The translations under genes and the position numbers were made by a program. A stretch of 64,000 bases of DNA from Spirochaetia bacterium (GTDB lineage: Bacteria; Spirochaetota; Spirochaetia; UBA9216): NCBI GenBank assembly GCA_963677925.2, contig CAXXYH010000003.1, forward strand, positions 1,184,001 through 1,248,000, in the 5' to 3' direction. Positions 1-9,871 of the stretch are shown in pieces (positions within the stretch are counted from its first letter, which is position 1; the number at the start of each line of letters is the position of its first letter). Below the pieces are notes generated by a model. That model worked only from the letters and a program-made list of their open reading frames with translations, made no database searches and was not told where the DNA came from.

Positions 1-844
1 GGACTGTGGAAACAGATAAAACTACTATAGTAAGCATTCTTGAGGTATTCATAAGCTGTATAAGGCTGCTCTGATCCTGTCCTATTCGTATCATACCCTG
101 AATCTTCTCTCCGTCTGGATCTCTTAAAGGCAGAAAAGAGTACAGCGTCAGGCCCCGCTGTTCATCTACCCTTTCCTCACCATTCTGTATACGGCTGTAT
201 ATATCAGCCTCTGTTTCCATTGACTCCTCAATGGGCTGTGCGTGTGAATACAGGGCTATGTCACCGAGAAAGACCGAACCAAGTTCTTCAAGAATATCAC
301 TGTTAAGATTGATTCCGGCCTGAAGCGTTCCGATTATCTCGCCATTAAGCCGGAGAGGGGTAAAGGCTCTGATAGCAAGACCGCTGCTTCCGAATTCAAA
401 ACCTCCAAGCGAATTACCCTTAAGAGCCTTTGCTATTGAGTCATTACCGCTTTTATCGTCGCCGAATTTACCGGGATTATGACCCCGGAAAAATACAGTC
501 CCGTCCGCATTACCAATCTCAAATACTGTAACACCGTTATGGGCGTTCAGAGATTCAAAGACAGGTAAAACAAAACGGGCTGCAGCCTCACGGTCTTCAA
601 AATACAAAGCGTTAAGCAGTTCAGCACTATCAGTATATCCGTCAATGATATTTTCAAGGTTTGTGACCTTGCTGTCAAAGAAATACCCGACAAATTTCAG
701 GTTCTGGACCGATTTCTCGCCGGACTGAATTCTGATTACTTTGTTTGTCTGTGTGATTAAGATTAAAGATACGATAGATAGCGGAAGAAGACTGATTGCA
801 AGCATTGCTGCCAGAATCTGCAGACGTATTGATTTCTTATGCAT
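1..844 (-). CDS. Cache-domain membrane sensor, probably methyl-accepting chemotaxis protein (N-terminal part; runs off window edge)
   Basis: Not in ORF track. Manual translation from ATG at 844 gives MHKKSIRLQILAAMLAISLLPLSIVSLILI (TM) then ...GTVFFRGHNPGKFGDDKS...LAIRAFTPL...IIGTLQAG (dCache-like), open to position 1. The signalling domain is not visible. Confidence 0.7.
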   Translation of the reverse strand, partial: MHKKSIRLQILAAMLAISLLPLSIVSLILITQTNKVIRIQSGEKSVQNLKFVGYFFDSKVTNLENIIDGYTDSAELLNALYFEDREAAARFVLPVFESLNAHNGVTVFEIGNADGTVFFRGHNPGKFGDDKSGNDSIAKALKGNSLGGFEFGSSGLAIRAFTPLRLNGEIIGTLQAGINLNSDILEELGSVFLGDIALYSHAQPIEESMETEADIYSRIQNGEERVDEQRGLTLYSFLPLRDPDGEKIQGMIRIGQDQSSLIQLMNTSRMLTIVVLSVSTV

Positions 845-882
845 TTGGCTACCCTGAAACTTTCCTGATGTTTTCTAATAAA

Positions 883-910
883 AGTATATGAGCTCAAATC
901 CCAAAGTCAA
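883..910 (-). promoter_or_regulatory. Putative sigma70 promoter for the Cache sensor gene
   Basis: Minus strand TTGACT-N16-TATACT about 40 nt upstream of the ATG. Confidence 0.45.
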
Positions 911-980
911 ACAATGGTATAAACTGTCCAAACCGGTTAAAATTAAAACAAAATCTTATTTATAAAACGGGAGAAATTGC

Positions 981-1952
981 TTGAATATAATTGAAGTAGA
1001 AAATCTCAGCAAAAGCTATGATGATTTCAAGGCAGTAAAGAGCATCAGTTTCACAGTCCGCAAGGGTGAGGTTTTCGGATTTCTCGGACCTAACGGAGCC
1101 GGAAAAACCACAACTATAAATATGCTGACAGGACTGGCCCGGCCAACATCCGGAAGCATCTCTATATCAGATCAGGATGGAATAAAAAACATCAAAAAGG
1201 TTCAGAAGATAATAGGAATTGTACCGGATGAAAGCAATCTTTATGATGACATGAGCGGATTTGAGAACCTGGTGTTCTGCGCATCGCTTTACGGTCTGAA
1301 AAGAAACGACAGGGAACAGAGAGCCCGGGAACTGCTGAAGCAGTTTTCACTTGATGATACCGGTGACCGTCCCTTCAAAGCCTATTCCAAGGGAATGAAA
1401 AGAAAGCTGACCATAGCGGCCGGAATAATTCACAGACCGGAAATTCTCTTTCTTGATGAGCCGACAACCGGTATTGATGTTGAAAGCGCAAGACAGATCA
1501 GAATACTGATTAAAGAGCTTAACGCAGCCGGAACAACTATTTTTCTGACAACCCATTATATTGAAGACGCCGAAAGGCTTTGTCACCGGATTGGTTTCAT
1601 TGTCGGCGGAAAAGTCATCAAGGTAAGTGAAGTCGGACAGCTGATGTCCGAAGCCCAGCAGGAACACATCATAGAGTTCAATGCCGCATCGGAGTTTCCT
1701 GACTTAAGCGGTGAACTGGAAGAAGCCTTTTCCGGTATTTCTGTAAAGAATATAAACGGCAACAGCATACGGGTCATCAGCGGTGAAAAACAGGAACTCA
1801 TGCCTTTTATGACCTTCTTTGATAAAAAGAACATAGGGATAAACGAGGCAAAAATAATCCGGCCGTCACTTGAAGAGGTCTTTGTTAAAATAACCGGAAT
1901 CGAAATAGCAAAACTGAAAAAAGAAAAAGAGCGCGGAGGTAAAAAGAAATGA
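981..1952 (+). CDS. ABC-2 (DrrA/NodI-like) exporter ATP-binding subunit
   Basis: Walker A GPNGAGKTT, signature YSKGMKR, Walker B LFLDEPT, H-loop TTHY. Confidence 0.95.
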   Translation: MNIIEVENLSKSYDDFKAVKSISFTVRKGEVFGFLGPNGAGKTTTINMLTGLARPTSGSISISDQDGIKNIKKVQKIIGIVPDESNLYDDMSGFENLVFCASLYGLKRNDREQRARELLKQFSLDDTGDRPFKAYSKGMKRKLTIAAGIIHRPEILFLDEPTTGIDVESARQIRILIKELNAAGTTIFLTTHYIEDAERLCHRIGFIVGGKVIKVSEVGQLMSEAQQEHIIEFNAASEFPDLSGELEEAFSGISVKNINGNSIRVISGEKQELMPFMTFFDKKNIGINEAKIIRPSLEEVFVKITGIEIAKLKKEKERGGKKK

Positions 1953-2683
1953 CAGCACTTATGGCCTATCTCAGCATCATTCGTAAGGATATGAAAAACT
2001 ATTATCTCAAACCGCCTAACATCAGCTGGGGAATCATATTTCCTATTTCCTGGACCCTGATGTTCTTCATGAAATCAAATACCGATGTAAGCATCCGCGG
2101 AATTCTACCGGGCGTAATGGCTGTATCTATACTTTTCGGGACTACATCCATGCTGGCTGTGACAATTACTTTTGAAAGAAAAAGCCGCTCCTTTGAAAGG
2201 CTGCTTCTTGCCCCCATCAGCCTGAATCTTCTTATGCTTGCAAAAACAACCGGGGCAATACTCTTCGGTATCCTCAATGCATTCATTCCCGTTCTGCTGG
2301 CATCATTTCTGACTGATCTTTCGGGAACTCAGTGGCTTACTGTACTTGCCGGGGTTGCGCTGATTGCGGTAACCTCAACCTTTCTGGGCCTGTTTATTGC
2401 TGTCTCGGTAAGCGAGGTATTTGAGGCGCAGACCTTTTCCAACTTTTTCAGGTTTCCAATGATGTTTTTATGCGGACTTTTCATTCCCATTGCTAATCTG
2501 CCGTTCTTCCTGCGCCCGCTTTCATACATCCTGCCGCTGACTTACGGAGAGGATCTTCTCAAAGGCGCAATTAATTCAGCCGCTGTAATTCCATCATGGA
2601 TTAGCCTTGCAGTTCTAATTGCATTCAGTCTGGTTCTATTTGGAATAAGTACTCATAATATAAAAAAGAGGTGGATCTACTGA
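1949..2683 (+). CDS. ABC-2 type transporter permease
   Basis: About 6 hydrophobic helices, ERLLLAP and PLTY motifs; 4-bp overlap with the ATPase gene. Confidence 0.9.
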   Translation: MTALMAYLSIIRKDMKNYYLKPPNISWGIIFPISWTLMFFMKSNTDVSIRGILPGVMAVSILFGTTSMLAVTITFERKSRSFERLLLAPISLNLLMLAKTTGAILFGILNAFIPVLLASFLTDLSGTQWLTVLAGVALIAVTSTFLGLFIAVSVSEVFEAQTFSNFFRFPMMFLCGLFIPIANLPFFLRPLSYILPLTYGEDLLKGAINSAAVIPSWISLAVLIAFSLVLFGISTHNIKKRWIY

Positions 2684-2694
2684 GAGAAAACGGT

Positions 2695-4614
2695 TTAAAT
2701 CATCTCGTCTTCGGAAACTGCCAGAGCATTTAAGGTCTGCTGAAGTTCACTCAGAGCATTGAAGACATCTTCCGCAGGCAGTAAACCGGATTCATAATTA
2801 CGGATGCTCAGCCGCAGCTCTTCCTGAATCTCGGCAAGCTTCTTTTTGCTTACAAGATTGGAAAGAAGCCCCGGAGCAGGATGGCCTGAGGCAAGAGCAG
2901 CCGCCAGCCTTGCTGAGGGGATGGCCGAAACCGCCTGCTGTCCCGTCTTTTTAGGGACCTGTCCGATCAGCTCCTCCCAAGGAGTATTTGAGCTAAGAAT
3001 ATTGATTTCTGATTTAAACCGCTCATCGAGGGGCTTCTGCAGCTCATTGTACAGAATATATGAAACCTTATACGGCATCAGCAGTTTATCATCCTGAATG
3101 GCCCTGTATATTCCCTTGAGGACCTCTTCATTGCCTTTAAGCATCTGTTCAAGACTCTCGGCGGCACCGGAACAGCTGTCCCAGTCGGAATGCCTTGCCT
3201 GAGGGATATATCTTTTATAATCCTTTTTGTTAAACAGTGCATCACGTCCGATAAAAGCCTTTTCAGATCCATCCGGATAATAGCGGTAAAGAAAAAGCGA
3301 CTGAAAATCATCAAGTGAACTGCCGCCTGCCAGAAAGTAGTTCTGAACAAGCCGGGCCGCATTATTCAAATCAAGGATGGACAGCAGCATGGACAGGCTC
3401 AAGCTCTGTCTGCTGCCCTTATAAAAAGAATCAATCCTTGAACTAAAAAGACTTGAATTGACCGAAAGCAGGCCGGCAAGTCCTGAAGCATTATGATTCT
3501 GCAGGGCCTTAACCTCCCAGTCTTCAAGCAGCGATGACAGATAGCCTGCAAAAAAGAATGAGGGAACAAAGATTCGTACCGGGATTTTTCTGTTTTCCCA
3601 GTTCACAGAAGCTGCCAGAATGACAGAATCGTCCAGCTTTCCCGGAGAGGATAGAAGTTTGCCTCCGGCACTGTCAAAGGCGGCTACAGATCGTAAAAAT
3701 GATGCCGATTTCTTTACCAGAGCAGTGAACAGGCTGTTAAAAAAACCAAGAGTCTGTTTGTCACGGTTTCCGGATTCAACACTGTAGGCAATTGAATAAT
3801 TTTTTCCGCCTGAAGCCAGCTGAAACTTGTACCAGATCATGTCTGCCGTTATACGCGATGCGGGATCCCCGACGGCAATTATCCCTTCAAAAACTACCGA
3901 GACATCCTTCTTTCCTATATTTGCTTCACGCGGAAGAAAGCAGCTGCCTGCTATAAACTCGAGCGGACTTTTCACCCTGAGCTTTACCTCGGGACTGTTC
4001 AGCTCTGCGAAGGCATCTCCGGTGACCTTTCTGCCTGCTGACTTCTCCTGAAGGGTCTTTTTAAAGACCGCATCACTTTTAAGCAGTGCTTCAATTGATT
4101 TTTTCAGTTCGCTGTTCAGGCTGATATAGAAAACAGCAGACCCTGCACGGCAGCTGTATATAGAAGATTCAGAAAGATTCCATAAAAGCTGATCACAGTT
4201 TTCATTGCCTAAAGGCTTCTGCACAGCAAAAGCGTTTCGAAGCTCTCCCCCTGCCTTTACTGAGCAGATAAATGGAAGGTTTCCGGTAATAAGGTTCACA
4301 AACCTTGTAAGCGCATCCCCGGCAGTATCACCATCGCCTGGTTTATAGAACCCTGCAAAAGATTTCAGAGCCGCAGCCGGAAAAATAACAGACATTACAG
4401 CGTTATCAGTTTCAGTATAAACATAGAGTACGCGGCCCGAACCTGCGGACTTTATATCCGCCTGAAATTTTCCAAAGGGCAGCATGGAGGCTGCCGCTTT
4501 TATTTCCTGACCGGCAACGGCCGTTAGGTTTCTGGAAACTGTATATGAAAGAAATCCGTCAATAAAAGGCTGATTCATTGATTTAAGCTTAGATTCTATA
4601 TCAAATTTTGTCAA
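2695..4614 (-). CDS. Hypothetical protein with possible degenerate CheX/CheC-like N-terminus and FliG C-terminal-like domain
   Basis: 639-aa ORF; DALTRFVNLITGNL resembles the CheX helix; C-terminal LAAALA...LLSNLVSKKKLAEIQEEL...EDVFNALSELQQTL resembles FliG-C. Similarity judged by eye. Confidence 0.55.
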   Translation of the reverse strand: MTKFDIESKLKSMNQPFIDGFLSYTVSRNLTAVAGQEIKAAASMLPFGKFQADIKSAGSGRVLYVYTETDNAVMSVIFPAAALKSFAGFYKPGDGDTAGDALTRFVNLITGNLPFICSVKAGGELRNAFAVQKPLGNENCDQLLWNLSESSIYSCRAGSAVFYISLNSELKKSIEALLKSDAVFKKTLQEKSAGRKVTGDAFAELNSPEVKLRVKSPLEFIAGSCFLPREANIGKKDVSVVFEGIIAVGDPASRITADMIWYKFQLASGGKNYSIAYSVESGNRDKQTLGFFNSLFTALVKKSASFLRSVAAFDSAGGKLLSSPGKLDDSVILAASVNWENRKIPVRIFVPSFFFAGYLSSLLEDWEVKALQNHNASGLAGLLSVNSSLFSSRIDSFYKGSRQSLSLSMLLSILDLNNAARLVQNYFLAGGSSLDDFQSLFLYRYYPDGSEKAFIGRDALFNKKDYKRYIPQARHSDWDSCSGAAESLEQMLKGNEEVLKGIYRAIQDDKLLMPYKVSYILYNELQKPLDERFKSEINILSSNTPWEELIGQVPKKTGQQAVSAIPSARLAAALASGHPAPGLLSNLVSKKKLAEIQEELRLSIRNYESGLLPAEDVFNALSELQQTLNALAVSEDEMI

Positions 4615-4634
4615 ATCAGCCTTTAAAAAAACTT

Positions 4635-6371
4635 CTATTTAGCCTTCTTCTGACGCTTCAGCCTTTCCAGGATTCTAATCCCCTCACCCCAGGCAAGTTT
4701 ATCATCTGCAAGTTCATAATGCATTCCTTCAAGGATTGTAACCTCTACAATGTTGTCAGCCTTATCAATAAGCTGACGGCATTCATCGCTCAGATTAAGA
4801 AGGTGAAGTTTCTTGCCCAGCTGACCGTATTTATCTGCAACAAAATTGACTGCCTCCAGTCCCGAATGATCATGTACATGGGCATTGGCAAAATCGATTA
4901 CAACATCAAGGGGATCGCTCTGGTAGTCAAAGATATCCTTGAATGACTGAACCGAACCGAAAAACAGGGCTCCGTCCAAGCTGTATATCTTTGCGCCGAA
5001 CTGGTCTAAAGCGGATGAGGCTTCCATCTTTTTGCCCTTCTTCCAGGCAAAGACCAGGGCAGAGAGGATAATTCCGACGGCAACGGCCACCGCAAGATTC
5101 TCTACAACCGTTATTAGTGAGACAAGAATAATCACCAGTGCATCAGATTTCGGAATGCTCTTTATCACCCTGAAACTTGACCATTCAAAGGTGCCGATTA
5201 CAACCATGAACATGACGCCGACAAGGGCTGCCAGAGGAAGCTGTTCAATCAGGGCGGAACCGAAAAGAATAAACCCCAGAAGTCCGAGCGCCGCCGTAAT
5301 TCCTGATGTCCTTCCGCGTCCGCCTGCCCGGATATTTATTACGCTCTGCCCGATCATGGCACAGCCGCCCATTCCCCCGAAGAGGCTGTTAATGATGTTC
5401 GCAATTCCCTGTCCCAGGCATTCCTGATTGCCGAAGCCGCGTGTTTCAGTCAGCTCATCAACCAGCGTAAGCGTCATAAGAGATTCAATAAGCCCGACAG
5501 AAGCAGCCAGAACAGAAAACGGCAGTATTATCTTAAATGCCTGCCAGGTGAGCGGTATATTAGGCAGGCTGAACTTCGGAAGCCCAGCAGCAAGGGTGGT
5601 CCTTACCGGTCCGTCGGAGGGCGCATTATCCCTGACAAAATCAAGCACTGTCCTGACTTCAACTCCGGTTCGGTTTAATGCAAATCCTAACAGGCTTACA
5701 ACCACCAGAGCTGTGAGCGTAGCCGGAACAGCCTTTGTAAGTTTCGGCATAAAATAGCTTATTGCCATAGTCATAGCAATTAAGATACCCATAACAGTCC
5801 AGATAATAATCCTTTCGCGGCTGCTTTCAATATGTCCCAGATGAAACATCTCAAACTGTGATCGGAAAATTACGATTGCAAGTCCGTTTACAAAGCCCAG
5901 CATCACCGGATGCGGAACGAGCCTGATAAACTTACCAAGCTTGAGTACTCCGAACAGAACCTGAATGATTCCCATCAGCATGACAGCTGCAAACAGATAT
6001 CCGAGCGCTGACTGCATTGCCGCCTCACTGCTGAGCCCTGCCGACACAGCCACATCAATCTGCTGAGCAACCAGCGGTGCAAGAATAACAGCAACAGCAC
6101 CCGTAGCGCCGGAGATCATTCCCGGTCGTCCGCCTAAAAGAGCGGTAACAAGGCCCATTATAAAGGCCGCATACAGCCCTATAATAGGGTCTATCTTCAT
6201 AATAAAGGCAAAGGCAATCGCCTCGGGAACAAGTGCCAGTGCGACGGTAAGTCCTGAAAGGATATCATTTTTCAGATTACGCGGCTTTGTAACCTGTATA
6301 GGAAAAAAGAGATTGTTTGAGTTTTTCATGTGGTAAAATAAATCCTTGATATGTAATAAATAACGAATCAA
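4635..6371 (-). CDS. SulP/SLC26 family anion transporter with STAS domain (true start perhaps 6329)
   Basis: DILSGLTVALALVPEAIAFA, GGRPGMISGATG, GGCAMIGQS, STAS LFFGS...DHSG. Confidence 0.95.
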   Translation of the reverse strand: MIRYLLHIKDLFYHMKNSNNLFFPIQVTKPRNLKNDILSGLTVALALVPEAIAFAFIMKIDPIIGLYAAFIMGLVTALLGGRPGMISGATGAVAVILAPLVAQQIDVAVSAGLSSEAAMQSALGYLFAAVMLMGIIQVLFGVLKLGKFIRLVPHPVMLGFVNGLAIVIFRSQFEMFHLGHIESSRERIIIWTVMGILIAMTMAISYFMPKLTKAVPATLTALVVVSLLGFALNRTGVEVRTVLDFVRDNAPSDGPVRTTLAAGLPKFSLPNIPLTWQAFKIILPFSVLAASVGLIESLMTLTLVDELTETRGFGNQECLGQGIANIINSLFGGMGGCAMIGQSVINIRAGGRGRTSGITAALGLLGFILFGSALIEQLPLAALVGVMFMVVIGTFEWSSFRVIKSIPKSDALVIILVSLITVVENLAVAVAVGIILSALVFAWKKGKKMEASSALDQFGAKIYSLDGALFFGSVQSFKDIFDYQSDPLDVVIDFANAHVHDHSGLEAVNFVADKYGQLGKKLHLLNLSDECRQLIDKADNIVEVTILEGMHYELADDKLAWGEGIRILERLKRQKKAK

Positions 6372-6436
6372 GAACTTAACAGATCAGAGAGTTTTATGCA
6401 ATAGACAGTCTGAAAATCAGGGGGACCTGCGACACA

Positions 6437-6468
6437 CCGACAGCCTCCGGTTTTGCAGCACTTTCTTT
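6437..6468. repeat. 32-bp direct repeat, copy A (duplicate of the antiporter 3' end)
   Basis: CCGACAGCCTCCGGTTTTGCAGCACTTTCTTT, identical to 7523-7554. Confidence 0.95.
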
Positions 6469-6484
6469 ATAGACTCAACATTTT

Positions 6485-7450
6485 TTAACTTAAAAAATTA
6501 TTTATCATTGCTGTAATAAGAACTATAAACCAGATTACAAATATCAATCGGGAAATCTGAATCATTATTATTGTTGTAGGCGATTTTTTTAATATCTTAT
6601 CAAATTCATCCCGTCTCGGCAGAACAACACGGGTCCCTTTCTTCCTGAGCAGGATTCTTTCGATATCCATTACTCTTTCTTTTCTATGATTCATATACTT
6701 CACACCGCTTTGCAGCGTGATAGTAAATAACAGGGACGAGACAGCACCCAGCCCTGACACCATCAATAAGGGATAAAGCAAACTCCCGTTCGAGAGTGTT
6801 GAAATAGTACTTAATGCGACAAGTAATCCGCCGGATATATAGAATAAATTATTCAGTTTTGACCAGTTAAGTTTATCTTCATGCAGATACAGCTCAATTG
6901 CGGTATCGTACTGATGTTCGATTAATGAAATGTCATAGTCGACGGCATCTGAGAATCTATAGATGAATCTTATCATTCCATCTTCAGCTTCCACCTCCAG
7001 CACTTTTACAAACTGCAGTTTGAGATGAAAATTAACAGAGGCTTCATTATACGGTTCTTTTACTATAGAAACAAAAATCGGGACCTCAATCAGCTCCTTA
7101 AGGTATTCATAAAGCTGGGTAGCGATGCCCTTTCCTTTCATTTTCCGTGACACACATATCTGCTTTATAATAAAAAAACTGCTTTCTGAATATTCTATGA
7201 TACTTTTATTTACAATTAATGACCTGTCCAGGTCACTATCCATGTATCCAAAAGCAAACGCACAGACTTTTCCTCTTTTTTCAGTCACATAAAAATGCAC
7301 ATATTTTTTGAGCATATCAATATAGTCGTTTCGGGTAAATTCTGAAACTAAAAAACCTTCGTTATCTAAAGCATCATTCTGCAGTTTATTCTCTTCGGCA
7401 ATTGATATTATTGCATCAAGATCTGATATTTGAGCCTTTCGAATTCTCAT
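6485..7450 (-). CDS. GNAT acetyltransferase fused to a 3-TM membrane domain (RipA-like oligomeric membrane protein pattern)
   Basis: GNAT motif A QICVSRKMKGKGIATQLY and motif B NEASVNFHLKLQF; C-terminal YDTAIELYLHEDKLNWSKLNNLF + 2 TM + RVMDIER + TM. Confidence 0.7.
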   Translation of the reverse strand: MRIRKAQISDLDAIISIAEENKLQNDALDNEGFLVSEFTRNDYIDMLKKYVHFYVTEKRGKVCAFAFGYMDSDLDRSLIVNKSIIEYSESSFFIIKQICVSRKMKGKGIATQLYEYLKELIEVPIFVSIVKEPYNEASVNFHLKLQFVKVLEVEAEDGMIRFIYRFSDAVDYDISLIEHQYDTAIELYLHEDKLNWSKLNNLFYISGGLLVALSTISTLSNGSLLYPLLMVSGLGAVSSLLFTITLQSGVKYMNHRKERVMDIERILLRKKGTRVVLPRRDEFDKILKKSPTTIIMIQISRLIFVIWFIVLITAMINNFLS

Positions 7451-7515
7451 TTTAATTTCCCTAACTATACAGCTTTTATCAATTAATACGAATTCAGCCG
7501 AACCCGTTCTGATGA

Positions 7516-9726
7516 TTATACCCCGACAGCCTCCGGTTTTGCAGCACTTTCTTTTGAACCGTTTATCATAACTTCCTTTACTTCGGAAGCGGTAGTGCAG
7601 TTGAGCAGCTGACCGGCAATCCAGTCCTTGCTGAGTATTGCACCTACGGAAGACAGAAACTGCAGATGAGGACCCGATGCGCTTTTAGGAGACAGGGTCA
7701 TGATAAAAATTCTGGAAGGCTCTCCGTCAAGAGACTTGAAATCAAGACCGTTCTTCTTAAGTCCTATGGCAACAATAAGCTCATCAACTCCGTCGGACTT
7801 TCCGTGAGGAAGGGCAATGCCGTTCTGCATACCCGTACTCATTGAAGCCTCACGCTCCTTAACGGCAGCAAGGCAGTCATCATAGTCATTCACCAGACCT
7901 TCGTTATGCATCAGCCCAAGCATTTCCTCAATAAGACTGTCCTTGTCATCGCTTTCAAGCTCGAGTTTAATACAGTTCTCTCGGATGTTTTTAAAGTGAT
8001 TATCCTGAACCCTTGTCTGCTGTTCCGAGGCCAGGCTTTTCATTCCTTCAATAAGCTGTTCCGGTTTTACAAGCTCTTTGATGCGGTTTACCGTTTCGTT
8101 CATTTCAAGCAGGGCCTCGTAAACAAGACTCTTTACATAGTGAACATCAACAGGATCTGATACAATTTCAATGCGTTCATCATAATTGTGGAAGGTCAGA
8201 AAGATATCGTCACGCCGGACCTGGTTGATCTGATGGTCCTCTACACTGAACTCATGGATATAGAAATCCTCATCCCTTAGAAGCTGCATAATCCTGGCCG
8301 AGGCCATATGAGTCATCTCACGTGAAGGAAAATCAAACACCGTGCTTACAGTAGAAGAACCTTTTTCTGAAGTACGTGTACCCATCTTGCCGTTTTTAAG
8401 AAGCGACGAGAGCAGAGGCGGCGGTATCAGTGTAGTGATCAGGGTCATGAATATCGCAACACCGAAATGGCTGTGGGAAAGAATGCCCGATGATATACCG
8501 ATACCCGCAATAATCAGCGCTACCTCTCCCCGGGGAACCATCCCCACCCCTATGCGTGCAGCTCCCCGCAGATTGAAGTTGAGAAACAGTGCCGGAATAC
8601 CGCAGCCTATCAGCTTGGCAAGAATACCGAGAACCGAGAAGAGCAGGCCGTAAAGCAGGACCTCGGGCTTCAGGACTTCCTGAACATTAACAAGCATTCC
8701 CATTACACAGAAAAAGACAGGGACAAAGAACTCCTGAATGGGATGAATCTTCTCCTGAATAACAAAGCTCAAATCTGTACGTGAGAGCGAAAGACCCATT
8801 ACATAGGCCCCGATAATCATCGCAAGCCCCGCCTTCTCAAAGATGCCTGACAGAAGCAGGGCAAGGCCAAGGCTCATAACGGCGATTGAGTTCTCGGTGC
8901 GGAAGATCTTCAGGAATTTTCCGATGCGCCTGGCAAAAAGCAGACCAAGAACAGTAAAACCAAGCCACACCCCGACAGCTTTCAGCGCAATAAAACCGAT
9001 AACACTCCAGTGTACATGACCTCCGCCCGCACCGGTCATTACAGTCACAATACCCACAACAATCGCAAGGATGATAATGCCGAGAACATCATCAATAACT
9101 GCGGCGGCAAGGATGGTTACACCCTCGGGTGAGTCCATTTTACGCTGTTCAGAGAGTATACGGGCAGTAATTCCTACAGAGGTAGCCACCGATATTACGC
9201 CTAAAAACAGGTTAACCGGAGCAAGGAGTCCCTGACCTGTTAAGAATCCTCCCGCCCAGGCGCCGGCGAAAAAGGAAACAACTACCCCGCCTATTCCGAT
9301 AATAGCGCCCTTAAGCGAGTAGCGCAGAAAAAGTGATATATCGGTCTCAAGACCGGAGTGAAACAGTAATATAATTGAGGCAATAGTGGATATACCATAC
9401 AATTCAGGCGTCACAGAGAGGCTTCCGTTTACAATAGGGAAAAGGCCCTCATGAAAACCCGGCAGCGGAATCCCGCCAAGCAGATAGGGCCCGATTACTA
9501 TTCCCATCAGAAGTTCACCGAGAACGGACGGCATATTGATTTTCTTCATAAGAAAACCGCCTAGCCTGGCGGCGAAGAGGATTACTCCGATTTCGAATAC
9601 GAGTTCGGTCATTTTTTCGGTTAAAACTGATTCTTCATTTTCGGAGGCAAAGACAGGAACGGCTGAAACGAAAAGAATAATTATAAACAGAAAGATAAAT
9701 TTCTTCACACCTGACGCATTATTCAT
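7516..9726 (-). CDS. CPA2 cation:proton antiporter with C-terminal PTS EIIA(Ntr/Fru-type) domain
   Basis: AAVIDDVLG, GMVPRGEVAL, C-terminal STGMQNGIALPHG; start 9726 chosen from RBS GAGGGAG. Confidence 0.92.
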   Translation of the reverse strand: MNNASGVKKFIFLFIIILFVSAVPVFASENEESVLTEKMTELVFEIGVILFAARLGGFLMKKINMPSVLGELLMGIVIGPYLLGGIPLPGFHEGLFPIVNGSLSVTPELYGISTIASIILLFHSGLETDISLFLRYSLKGAIIGIGGVVVSFFAGAWAGGFLTGQGLLAPVNLFLGVISVATSVGITARILSEQRKMDSPEGVTILAAAVIDDVLGIIILAIVVGIVTVMTGAGGGHVHWSVIGFIALKAVGVWLGFTVLGLLFARRIGKFLKIFRTENSIAVMSLGLALLLSGIFEKAGLAMIIGAYVMGLSLSRTDLSFVIQEKIHPIQEFFVPVFFCVMGMLVNVQEVLKPEVLLYGLLFSVLGILAKLIGCGIPALFLNFNLRGAARIGVGMVPRGEVALIIAGIGISSGILSHSHFGVAIFMTLITTLIPPPLLSSLLKNGKMGTRTSEKGSSTVSTVFDFPSREMTHMASARIMQLLRDEDFYIHEFSVEDHQINQVRRDDIFLTFHNYDERIEIVSDPVDVHYVKSLVYEALLEMNETVNRIKELVKPEQLIEGMKSLASEQQTRVQDNHFKNIRENCIKLELESDDKDSLIEEMLGLMHNEGLVNDYDDCLAAVKEREASMSTGMQNGIALPHGKSDGVDELIVAIGLKKNGLDFKSLDGEPSRIFIMTLSPKSASGPHLQFLSSVGAILSKDWIAGQLLNCTTASEVKEVMINGSKESAAKPEAVGV
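7523..7554. repeat. 32-bp direct repeat, copy B (last codons of the antiporter gene)
   Basis: Identical to 6437-6468. Confidence 0.95.
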
Positions 9727-9871
9727 TGTTAATCTCCCTCTCCAGTACACCAAATAAGCTGCAATCAACATCATAACGCGCACTGCATTTCTGCATAATA
9801 ATAGAAAACATCCGCTCAGTCTATTGCCGGCATGTCCTGACGGGGAGAAACACCGAAATTATGCATCTATT

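Noticed and set aside
9831-9843. 13-bp CATGTCCTGACGG shared with a hairpin near 47080, as a possible island boundary repeat
   Set aside because: Short match with no extension; the second copy is part of a local stem-loop after the aminotransferase stop.
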